From Tubulanus polymorphus (lineage: Eukaryota; Animalia; Nemertea): a stretch of DNA of 64,000 nucleotides. Each line of letters starts with the position of its first letter. Positions within the stretch are counted from its first letter, which is position 1. The notes beneath the pieces are model-generated. The model was not told the origin of the DNA and made no database searches. It was given only the letters and a program-made list of their open reading frames with translations. The DNA is taken from positions 19,567,101-19,631,100 of the forward strand of contig NC_134025.1 in NCBI RefSeq assembly GCF_964204645.1, in the 5' to 3' direction. Shown piece after piece: positions 11,441-23,600 of this stretch. Both the position numbers and the translations under genes were made by a program.

Positions 11441-14400
11441 ATTTCGGTGTAGTATCCCTGGTGTGACTTTGACGAATTGCTTCTCCGAATGATTTCCGGA
11501 ATTCCGGTACTCCTCCTCCCTCCGTCTTGGCTTTGACTGATTGCTTTTCTGGAATTTTGCGGAATGATTTTTCCGGAATTCCAGGTATAGCCCCCCTCCG
11601 TCTTCGCTTTGACTGTTTGCTTTTCTGGAATTTTTCCGGAATTCCGGTATCCCCCCCTACCGCCGTGATCTTGACCGTTTGCTTTCCGGAAAGTAGAAAG
11701 ATATATCGGAAAAATGTATGACCTGCTTAACCAGTTGCTTCAAACTTTTCACCCAGGTCATTTAATGGCTTTCCTGATCGACACTTTCTTGTTAAAGATA
11801 ATATTGTATCTTCCCTACACTTAAGTTACTGATATCAAGCAGGAAAAAAATTACTGATGATGTTTTCACAAAGGGAATTTTTGTTTTAATTTGGCAGTTA
11901 AGCGTAACAATAGATTATGTTGTCAAGGAGACATCAAACTGGTCACCATGGCAACAGAAAAGCTTACTGATGCGCGTTATCATCTGACCAAGTATCAAAA
12001 TGATTGATCCATGTTTGTAGATTCTGTAGCAATTCTTTTTTGTATAGTTATTTCTGGGACACCCTGTAGATGCACCATAGATTTAGATCTCTGGTAGTAA
12101 AATATAATACAAGTGTGTATGGATAAATTCCAGCTATTTATTTCAGAGCTTTATCCGACCGTGATTTCTAGACATAGACCAGGATTTCAGATTCTTAGAC
12201 CATGATTCAGATATTACAAGCTAACTGGTCGACTAAAGTGTATCACGTTTTTCGTTTGCGTCCCTCCCCGGGGGATGCGACGGAATGAGAACAAGGAAAT
12301 GAATATGACAACAAAACGCAATGCCGGTGAAAACGTCAGAATAATTTCAAAGCTTCATGGCGGTTGGTCCCTTTTTCAATTTCTATAACCTGATCTCAAT
12401 CATTTTGCGTTGCGATGGACTTATGTTGCCATCGCGTGTGTGAATATCACTGTTAACAGCTGAACGACTACTATACGAATTGTAGCAACCAGTAACACCT
12501 TGAATATCGTTAACCTGTATAACTAATCTAAGACAAAGCAACACTGTCTATCGGTTTAAACCTGATAATAAATAAACAATTGTGATCAATCGTCTGTCGA
12601 TCAATAGAACCGATGGAAATATCTAATAGGACTCCAAAACCAAGGTCGTTAACCAAAAGTTCAAGTTCTTCTTTTTGACAAAGCTCTAGAAATGTTTAAA
12701 ACCAGAAGATGCGTTTTAGTGACATTCTGGTATGAGATATTTGAAATGAATTTCCTTACATCGGGAAAAAATTCACGGCAAGATGATACTAGTTTTAATG
12801 CAAACATACTTTAATGCAATTTTTAATTCATCATACTTTAGCTTTATAGTATGATTATCGACATCGATGTATAATACGTCAAAAAGTGAAACATGATCGG
12901 CTAAGTTTTCGCCGGCCACGAAGAGTTCGTGTTTCCGATGAAATTTAACTGTATGAGGATTTGGCAGGGGATTTTTTTGACGCCTTATAAAACGTTACCA
13001 TTATGAAACTTAAACAATGTTAACCATTAAGCGTCATTTTACAAACGATAACCGTAAATCGATGTGCAAAACGTCACAGGTTTATGTGTACACATACAAG
13101 CTATTTGGCAAAATATTATTGATAAAGATGTAGAATGGCTCCCTGTGATTATATAATGACCTCTATTTGAACGTCGAAATGTTATATTGCATTGAATATC
13201 ATGATAAGAGGTATTGTAATAGTAAAGGATGTATGATTATATCAGGAGCGGCAGGCATAAATAGAAATGATAAGTAAATCGGATTATTCGGTTAAATGGC
13301 GGATGTATACACGATTTGGAAGTCTGATATAAAAGTCAGACCCTGACATGGGGATGCTAGTGGAATGACGAAGCTATCTACGATCTGAGTAGGGCCGGCG
13401 TGAATTTCATCGGCGGCTACAAGCGGTCTATATAAAAACGTGTAAACAAATAATTTCAATATTCAAATGTTTTAGAAAATATGTTCGATATTAGGGGTAT
13501 GCAGGTTTCACGAGATTAGCAATCTATAATAGCATAGCCGTCATATACGGCTCCGCGTCCACTGATGGCATGTGTATAAGGTGACAATTCAATTCAATAC
13601 TTTATTGATCCTTATTACATTGAAATTCCGGGATGAAATTCCCAAATTCAATAAAGTTACAAATTTTAGAATAAGAAAATACAAAATACATGACACATGG
13701 GTAATTCATACAGAATAACATGAATAAGTTATTTAAATGACGATGTCAACCCAGACTCAAGTCTAGGATATCGAGTGACAGCCAAACCGGGCCCCGGGAC
13801 CGGGCCGGCTGGCTACACGATATGCTCGAAGTCATGATGAAGCAGACATCAGAAGAGCTCTTTCTTCAACCATGGAGGCAATGAAGTTGCAGACCAGCTT
13901 AGAGCAAAAGTGAATCGAAGTCGGTCACAAGTTGACAATTTTTTTTTAATTAGACCAGTCGAAGACTGTATCATCGCCAAATCTCATAATTCCCCAAATT
14001 TCTTAAAACTTCGATTTCAAATTTGCAATTCCACATTAGCTTATCCCAGAAATTCTACATTTTTTCGCAGGCGTCAAATAATTTATTAAAGTTAATTTTC
14101 TTGTTTCGTAAGTAACAAGCGATGGTTCGTTAGTTCCGAGGTTCCACTGTACATAGAATATCGACCTACGATGGCTTGTGTTGTAGTGGAACCAACCTCG
14201 TTGCAACGAGCTTCACGGGACCAGAAAATTTGTATCCAGTACGAAATCAATCTGAATCAAGCCGTCTTTACTTGGGACAAAATTCTATATAGTTTATCTA
14301 ATTTAATTCCGATCGGTTTTATTAGAATTTTCACTTATTTCGGACAAATATCCCACTCCCCTCTCAGTTATTTCTAGTCAAATGAGAGATAATTCGGACA

Positions 14401-14664
14401 AAATTTTCCGGTCCCAGCTGATCCGAATTAAGCGAGTTCTTCAGCATTTGTTGTATCCGAGTTCGTTATGAGGTTCCACTGTAAAATACGTCTTTCGCCA
14501 TATGCAGTCAGTTCGTCATTCCTTTAAGTAGTCACACAGCCACAAAATAATGAACTTCAACAAATAACTTTATGACATTTTTTTGTATTGTTTTTTTTAT
14601 ACGATTCTTAAATTATATTATGAAGCATTTCAATTCACTTCTAGCACACGATAACGATGTCTTA

Positions 14665-17600
14665 TTACACATAATGTGTTGCGTCATTAAATTTTCTGCC
14701 TCCCTTTTCTGTAGATTTTTCATCCATGTTGAAATGTTCAGTAATGATGCGTCTATCCTCTGCACTAGAAAGATCCATTTTTCTCCAGGTGTAACTTTCC
14801 GCATCAGTGTTTAGGTCAGGATCAACCTGAAAATGGAAAAAAATTATATGACAATTTTCACATCCAAAAGGCCCAGTGGACTCCGCTTTAAGTGGAACTT
14901 ACCCCGAAAATCAATTTCTTTCCTCGCCAGACCCAAACACCAGAAATAGCGCTGTCTTTATTTTCACCGAACAAGCAATGTACACCCATCGCATATTTTC
15001 TCATCTTCTCCAAACGTTGGAACATGCCTAAAATAATTCAAAGGATTTAGCTTACCATCATAAACAACATCTTAGTAACAATGTCTAAAGCCAAGTCTGA
15101 CAGCCACCCACTAGTAGAACCCATTATCAGCTTTATAGATAAAATCCAGAACATGGCTTCCATTTTCATTTCGTGGCAACAATCGAACGAACAATAATGT
15201 GAAACCAGTGGCAGATCCAGGGAGTGTCCATATGGGTTCGGAACACTCAAAATACCGAGTTCCCTAAAAAATTACAATTCTTGGAACTAAAATTTGTATT
15301 TGCCAATATTTTCTAAATTTGGATTGATTGCCGATGGTTTTTCTATACGACCTGGCCCTGCGGTATTGCATTTAGCCACTGGCAAAATACGCCATATTTT
15401 TACGTCATAGCAGACCCAAACTTACAATTTTTGGAACTAAATTTGTATTTCCGAATAGTACTTACCCATTCCTATGGGTTTTGCCAATATTTTCCAAATT
15501 TGGATAGATCACCAATGGTTTTTCTAACGACCCGGCCCTGCGGTATTGCATTTAGCCACTGGCGGAATCCACCATCTTTTAATGTCATATCAGACCCAGA
15601 AATGCAGCTATGCGGGGCAGGTGGGCGGGATTCCCACCATAGGAAAGGGTAAGTACTACTCGGAAATACAAATTTTAGTTCCCAAATTGTAATATTTCCA
15701 TCGAGTACTGTACCCTTTCCTATGGTTTTTGCTAGACTAGCCTAGCACAAGGATGGTGGGAAAGGTAGATAGAGAAACCACCGCTCAAACGCAAGGTAAG
15801 AGGGAAACAAGAGCCCCAAGGGGCACTATGGCCAGCCTGTCAGCTTTTCATAAAATGACAAATGATGATGCATTCTGTGGGTTAAATTTGTCAAAATACA
15901 CTCCCAGTTCAGAGTCAAACCTAATAATTCATACCATACAATAGTAGAATACAAAAGTGGCACAGAAAGCGACTGGATCTGGTAGGAACAAATACCTCAG
16001 ATAATTCTTTTCCCTTGGTCTTATTGATTTTAATGCGGAATAGAATTGAATTTTCTGAAATTTGCTCAATAAAACAAAATTGAATTGGATTTGATGTTTT
16101 TATTGCAGAATAAAATTTGATTAAATTTGTAGTTTGAGCACATAGCTAATCAGCATAACAAGGTCATCTATCTGATTTGAGAAAAAGCTTTTTTTCCCGG
16201 ACTTCGCACAATGGTCAATGATCTTTTCTGAAGTGCTAATAAAAATACTCCTCCCAAAAACCAAATCAACTAAAGCTTTCACAGAAATCGATCTTGAAAT
16301 ACAATTTTAGATCTTGAAATAAAACCCGGAAGTAAAACGGTAGACGATACCGCGGATTCACGTGAACACCTGCTGATTTCTGCGGCTAAGTCAATCATGG
16401 AGGAGTCTTCTATTTCTGATTGGCTTTTCAAAACCAATATTTCTGCGATCAGATATTCACGAAAAAAGCTCAGATAAATTTTAATGAGGCCCTCTTTCAA
16501 AATTCAAAATAGAATTAGAGACGCCGGTTGGCACGTCGGCCAAAACCGACGAATCCCTTCTATTAACTCGACGATCTTTCACCTTCCGAGCCTTATAGGC
16601 CCGAATCCAAATGTCCTCGGACCAAATCCGCAAGTCTTGCAATGATTAAATTAAATCAGTTAAAGGCCGACTTCAAGTATAAAAGGCCCATCATCTGTCA
16701 GACATGGCAGTATCTCTGAACCCATGGAGCAGTCAAGAGTTCCAGCGTTGAAACTGGCATTTCCCTAATATCTCTGTCAGTTAACCGATTCGGACCCTCT
16801 TTTTTGTCAGGGATATGTGTAAACATGTATTATTGTCATATCTATGGCTTAAAATTTAGTTTAAGCCCTCCTTCATACATAAATTAGCAATTTACTTAGT
16901 GCATTCTTCAAATTTTCAAATCTTTGAATGACAAGCTGGGAGGAGTTATTCTCCTTAGCACAGAGAGCACAGTGACCTGTAGTCATAAACCTATATAAAC
17001 AAAACAGTTGCAGCTCTCTAGTGCGTAATTTTGGGGGTTAGAAAACTTTTTACCTGAAAGTTGTATCAAACTGAAAATTTATATATCATCTTAACTCCTC
17101 ATCAGTAACAATGTGTGAAAATTTCATCAAAATCGGACAAAAATTGAATAAATTAAAAATACAGATTTTATGTTCAACTCCATTATTACTGGAGGAATTC
17201 TTATCAAAAAACATCTACAAAATCAGCTAATTAAGAAGATTACTATGACCAAAATGATATCAAACATATACGAAAAAAGTTTTTCTTTGTGTCACTGTGA
17301 TACTGTGTGATACTGGTGTGAGCCAGATGTGTTCCAGTAAACACTTTAAACAAACTACCGCTTGCTAGTTGCTAGTGGGATGTGGCCTGCACTGTAAATC
17401 TCTAGTGCCAACCGGTGGGTTTTTGGACCTCCATTTGAGTCGGCCTTTAAATTATTTCCGGTAAAAAGAAGCAAGGGATAGCCCCCAAACCGAACAGACT
17501 CACCGTTACGAGAGTGATTACTCCCTTAACTTCCTAATCCCTTTGATTTTTTTTTGCGAAAAAATCCAAAGCGTTCATATAAAAGAATGCCAAGAAAAAA

Positions 17601-20600
17601 GATGGCGGATTTCGCTGGTGGCTTGATGCAATACCACAGGGCTGGGTTGTATAGAAAAACCATTGGCAATCAATCCAAATTTAGAAAATATTGGCAAAAA
17701 CCATAAGAAAGGGTACAGGTACAGTACTCGACAGAAATATTCCGGATCGAATATTTTCTTAAGATCAAAATTTAGTTTGAAAAACTGAAAAATATCAAAA
17801 TTTTTTCATGGGAATTAGGCCCTAGCTGTTTTACCAATTCAAGATCGTAAAATTCATTGTGAGGAACAACAAATTTCTTCAGTGGATTCCTTTGACCCTG
17901 GATCTCCCCTGGAAACTGATTCACAACTCATTGCGAAGAACATTATACAAAATATGCAAGCTAGCCCTTCAAGCAGTGGTAGAAACAACATCAGCAACGT
18001 TAATCTGATTTGAAGATGAATTTGTGCAACTAAAGATAACAATCATGACAGTCTTCAACCGGTTAACAAAAGTAGAAATGTATCTCAGTGGTAGTGACGA
18101 ATATAGAATCATTATCTATAAATTTCATTCTACTTGAGTTATGCATCATAGATCATTTCACCTCGTTAACAAAGGGTAATCTTACAGGTCATGTGAAAAC
18201 TTACCACCTATCAGATTCATACTCATGAAAGGTTGTGTCAGCTCGCTGTTGTAGTTGTAAGTTCCGTACCACACAGAATAACTTTCTTCGTCAATGTTGT
18301 CGAAAAACCAATCCATCACGTTATCTTCGTTGCAATACTTCTTTTTCCAATCATCCATGACGAACGTTTTGCTGTGGAAAAAGGGGCATAGAAATTGTCT
18401 GAATGTCTTAAATTACGTAATGACACATCAAAACACAATGTAACTAACCTAGCTGGTACGGATTTAATGTATTCAGCAAGTAAATTGACCTCCTTCTTTG
18501 GTGCTTCAGCTTCGGTCTTTGGTGCCGTTTCCTGTAAAAGAACCCACCTTAACTAATTAATAAGATAAATTAAGACTTATCACCAAAATAAAGTTTTCAT
18601 TTCAATAATTTTTTTGTGAATTGCTTGGGGATATGTTCAAATCAGGCAACAGTAATCTATGTTGTTTGGATGATAAGCAATTACAACAATCAAGGAAATA
18701 TTGGTGCAAGCTTGCCCAAACTTTTATCTTCCTATACCTCTTACACATTGACAGGAAAAACTGTTCAACATGCCTTATATTTATAGGACAACCTTGCATA
18801 TAACATTAACATCCATTTCAGTATAATTAAAACTCATGGTGGAGTAGAATCCCCTCAATTAGGATAATTTGGGATGAACAAAATGTATCCATTTCCAGGG
18901 AAATTCCATCCTCCCTCTGCAGGGACTCGAACCTGATGGCATCGCTACACTCAGCCACGGCACGAACCCCTGCATCAGAAGACCGGGTGCGCAGGTACAT
19001 GCGCAGCTTTCCGAACGAAAACTGGCGGCACCTATCAGATTGCTCGTTGTATAATCGTTGAGGCAAATTTCAAGGAAGAACTATAAATGGGAAAACCCGG
19101 GCTAAAATAAAACGGGATTTCTGATTGGCTAAAAATCACATCATCTGAACTGCGCATGTATCTGCGCACATGGTCGATTATGGCAGGGTTTCGTGCCGTG
19201 GCAATCTCGATGCGATCAGGTTCGAATCCCTGCCGGGGAGGATGGGGAAATTCGGATTTAAAGTCATTTTCTTGTACATTAATGAACAAATGGACTGCAA
19301 TTATTGTCCAGATTAGACCAAAATCACCATTTAATGGGTTTAACTGTATTTCTTTCCTGCCCTACCTGATGACATCAAATAAGCCTGTTTAAGTTTATAT
19401 TGATAATTGATTTAGCAGAATAAATTCAGTTAAACCCCCTTATTGTCCGTGAATTTTCCTGGTCAGTGGCCACCAGGTATAGGTCATTGGTGATTCAGGA
19501 TCCTATCTAAGTGCTTGTCTGATTGCATGACAAGAATATTCTCATTCAGGCAAGTAGGTGATCGATAACTTTAGTTGCTAGAGCAGTTATGTTCCTCCAC
19601 CCTTTTTCCTATTGATATGACAGATGATTACACTGCACTACTACTGCACACTTCAAATGCGCATGATCACTCATTCCATGACTTATATATACTTTTTTCT
19701 AAACTTTTATTCCATGATCCAATTCGAAGTTCAAGAACTGATAAATAATTTTTTCCCTTTTTTTTCAACTAACGTTGAGAGTGGACATGGCAGAAACAAA
19801 TACTAGGTCGATCTCTTTCCTAAGGTTCATGCTAAATAAAATCAAAATTGATTTGTTTGCTATGTCCGTGCTATGCATATTTCGAAATATTTGAATTTGT
19901 AGGCTGAAATGTTTCCATAATCTTTTTTCTAAGGATGGAAGTGCCCACCAGACGGACATTTGTGGGGCCTGGGTTTCGACCCTCTAGGATCCGCCCTAGC
20001 GTATCTATAATTATGTGGCTTGGACAATAAGCAATTACACCAATAGAGGCAAAATCCATACAGGTGCAGCAAAGCTTGCCCAAACTTTTATCTACCTATA
20101 TCTCTTACACATTGACAGGAAAAACTGTTCAACATGCCTTTTTTATAGGATAACATACATGAATATCTAAGTATGGTCTTTATATCTTACCTTTGGTTTC
20201 TTATTAGGCTTCTTTTCCTCTTTTTTTCCTTTTCCAGAAACCTCAGCAAATTTTTTCGCTGAAATTCATACAAATGCACATTCTGTAAACCTATACATTG
20301 AAACAAGGGGCCTATCCGCTTATACAGCTCCGCTGTGTGATTTGAAGAAATAGAAGCTGCATACCTAGGGGTGCCCCCTTGTGCCTTAATCGAAAATGGG
20401 CTCTGTACTTTGAAGGTATTTTATCCATAGAACATTCATACCAAATTTGGACTTGATCTGATTCATACTGTAGGACTAACGGCAATTTGAAGAAATAGAA
20501 ACCCCACCCCCAGGTGGACGAATAAAAAAAAATGGCTCTGTAACTTTATAGGCCGTGGTCCATAGAACCATACCAAATTTGGAATTGATCTGATTAAAAC

Positions 20601-23600
20601 TGTAGGACAAGTAGCAATTTGAAGAAAAAGTAGACAGACGCACGAATGAACGCTCACCCCCTAACCAATCGCAGCGGAGCTAAAAAAAATCAAGACTTGA
20701 ACTAACACAAGAGAGTGTAACAGAAATCTTCAAAACACTAACCATCAAATTGTGCCATTTTTTCACAGAATTTAAAGGAACCGATGACAGTTTTGAACTG
20801 TGGTTGATTTATCATAGTGGTAAACCAACGGTTGGTGTTTTGGTATGGAGCACGGAATCCAGGTTCGAGCACCTGAAATTAACAACAAAGCAAATTTAAA
20901 ATTGAATGCACAGTAAAAAAAAAAAAACGGCTTGTTGAATGAATTGAGGCCGCTAACACAGTGGAACCTTATAACAACTTTAGGTTAATGAGGTTTTCTT
21001 TGGATCACACATAGCAGCAGTCTGTAGGTACGCACATTTCCCTGTGTAAATTAAAATGATGAGATGCCACCTGTTACAACAGTAGACACATGTATGGTAC
21101 AGCCTAGAAGTAAGTTAACTCACTACGGGCCTGGCGTTCGTTGCGGTTTCATTTTTCTTTTTCTTTTTCGACAGAACGAAATAAAAATATCGATGTTGTT
21201 ACTACCACGGTCTGAATTCAATAAGCTTGATTCGCGTGCACTATCAAATCAAAAACAACTTTATTTTCAAGGGAAACTAGGCATTTGGATGAATGCAGAA
21301 ACATAATAGGTAAATGCCATTGGTTTATTAACTACATCAAATCAAAAGCAAAATATATGTCAACATCTGCCTTGATAATGGCAAAAATGCAAGACCTGAA
21401 CCCTGGCACCAGTACAATAAGGGTAATTAGCACGGGCGATGTTGAAAGACCATCACTCCCCACCTATACTTTTACATTATTCTTGGACTATTTGGAAAAA
21501 TGTATTCTTCAATACCGAAATTCGTGCAGAATTTTCATCCCTGAAAGAACAGTTTTTAGTCATAATGGCAGGGTTTAACTACAAGGTAGAAATGTATCTC
21601 AGTGGTAGTGACGAATATAGAATCATTATCAATGAATTTCATTCTAATTGAGTTATGCATCATTGATCATTTCACCTCTGCCTTGATAATGACAAAAAGG
21701 CAAGAACTGATCCCTGGCCCCAGTACAATAAGGGTAATTAGTAGGGGTGATGTTGAAATGGTAACCAAATTAAATTGATGATAACGGGAATAATTTAGGA
21801 TTAATGAAACCATTGACCATCCACGTAAGTCATTTAGGATTTTGGCAGTAGAGTATGGCTGAATGGCTATTTGAGAAATGTTCAAATGAATAGTTTGACA
21901 GTTCTCAGCAAGAACTATTCAGCTTTTAGTCTACCTCTTTTAGTTACACATCATCCAGGTAAAGTCTAGTGACATGTCTTTGAAAGAGGTCAGGTTTACC
22001 CACCATACTACAGAATACTTACATGCTGGTATAATTGCAACAACGCACAGGCAACTGTTACATCTGCTTGTGTAATACGTTCACCAACAAGATAAGTCTT
22101 AGTTTTCAGGACTGTATTCAAAACACCCAAGGCTTTCTGAATATCTTGTTTCGCACGTTCAGTATTCTATATCAGAAAAGAAAAAAAATAAATACAACCA
22201 ACTACTCATCAGTATCAAATAGAAATAGTCAAACTTTTTCATATAGTCATAGCTGCTCTCATACAAAAGATTATCCTTCAAGATTTATCGGTCCACTACT
22301 TTGTGACTAATCACCGAGCAGAAAAATAGTCAGCAAAAGATAACATTTTCCAGCCTTTAAAAGTTTACCTGTTTGTTGAATTGGATGATTCCGAGGCAGG
22401 GGAAGACCCAAGTGCACGAAGAGGGAACTATTTCACAGTCGGCAAAACTTATCCATTGCTCGACGAGAGCTTGTTCAGTTGGAGTTTTGCCATGGAGCTT
22501 TTCACCACCGACTACAATGCAGAATTCGATTTACTCACGCAACTTCCTAACAACTAATAATTTGCCAAATTCAAATGAGCATGATATCTACATTCAGCTG
22601 AGCGAAACAGCCAACAAACTTCATAACATACCATATCGGGCAATGGCGTTACTTTCAAAAATAGCAGTTCCATCACTGGTCTCTAAGGCCGGAACCTATT
22701 AACAAAATAGAGAGGAACTATAATAGTATAATAGTATAGGTCAGCTGCAATACAAAAAATTTCTCAACAAACTTTGTATATATGTCCACTTATGATGATA
22801 TAATTTCAAGCAAACATGGCATAGGTTTTAGATGTCTAATCTAACTTGCATACACAGACGGACGGGATATCAGGAGCCGTTGTTACACATAGGGACAGTG
22901 CTTCATCTAGCCAAAAATAGAAGGGCGGTCCGCCCCGCCCCCGAAAATAGCCGCCCTTGTGCCCTTCAGATGTGTCCCATGCTCGCCCTTGTGCCCTCAT
23001 CACTTGTCGTAGGTCCGCCATCCTGCCCTTGTCAGTCACGAGTAATGAGTCAGGGCTTTCAAAATAAGCCGACGCATCCGACTGTTAGTAAGTTTCCTGC
23101 GACGGCTATGAAATATCTCGTATGATATCAATGATAGTAGCTCATGTGATCAGTGGTTATATTCAAATGTACTGCAGTCAGTGTGCATCGTGTGAAAACG
23201 TGCCTCAGACGCGTGGCCTAGTTAAAGTTTCCAGGAAATTGGCTGACTTCCAAACTACTGCCAATCATTCTAGCGACTGCCGTTGCAAAGCTGGTAGTGT
23301 ATACTCGATGGATTGTTTCGTTTTGAACACATCTTGATGCTCTGGATCTTTTTATCTAGACTATTAGACAAATTTTATATATACAAGGTGAAAAACTTTG
23401 TTCGGTGAATTCGCAGAGAGACTCGCACAGACAATTAGTTTGAGTAGCCTAATAGCAATAATGTGTTCTTAAGCTGGCTGCTTACCAATTATCAACAGTT
23501 ACTTGCCAATCACTAACACTATCAATTTAAACCAATTAATTTGATATTTCTAAGATTAAAAATATGCAATTTCATATAGGCCTATACACTATTGCTGGCT

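Noticed and set aside
13780-13920. RTE/LINE C-terminal remnant (GWLHDML...WR)
   Set aside because: Resemblance is too short and weak to support without a search.
17872-17942. C/D snoRNA (TTCTTC stem, CTGA)
   Set aside because: The C box is poor (ATGAGTT) and no convincing rRNA or snRNA complement was recognised.
19181-19235. tRNA gene
   Set aside because: It has a B box and closing stem but is too short for a cloverleaf with D and anticodon arms, and it is part of an inverted repeat.
21903-21959. C/D snoRNA (ATGATGT ... CTGA, minus strand)
   Set aside because: Only ~50 nt between the boxes, no terminal stem and no recognisable guide.
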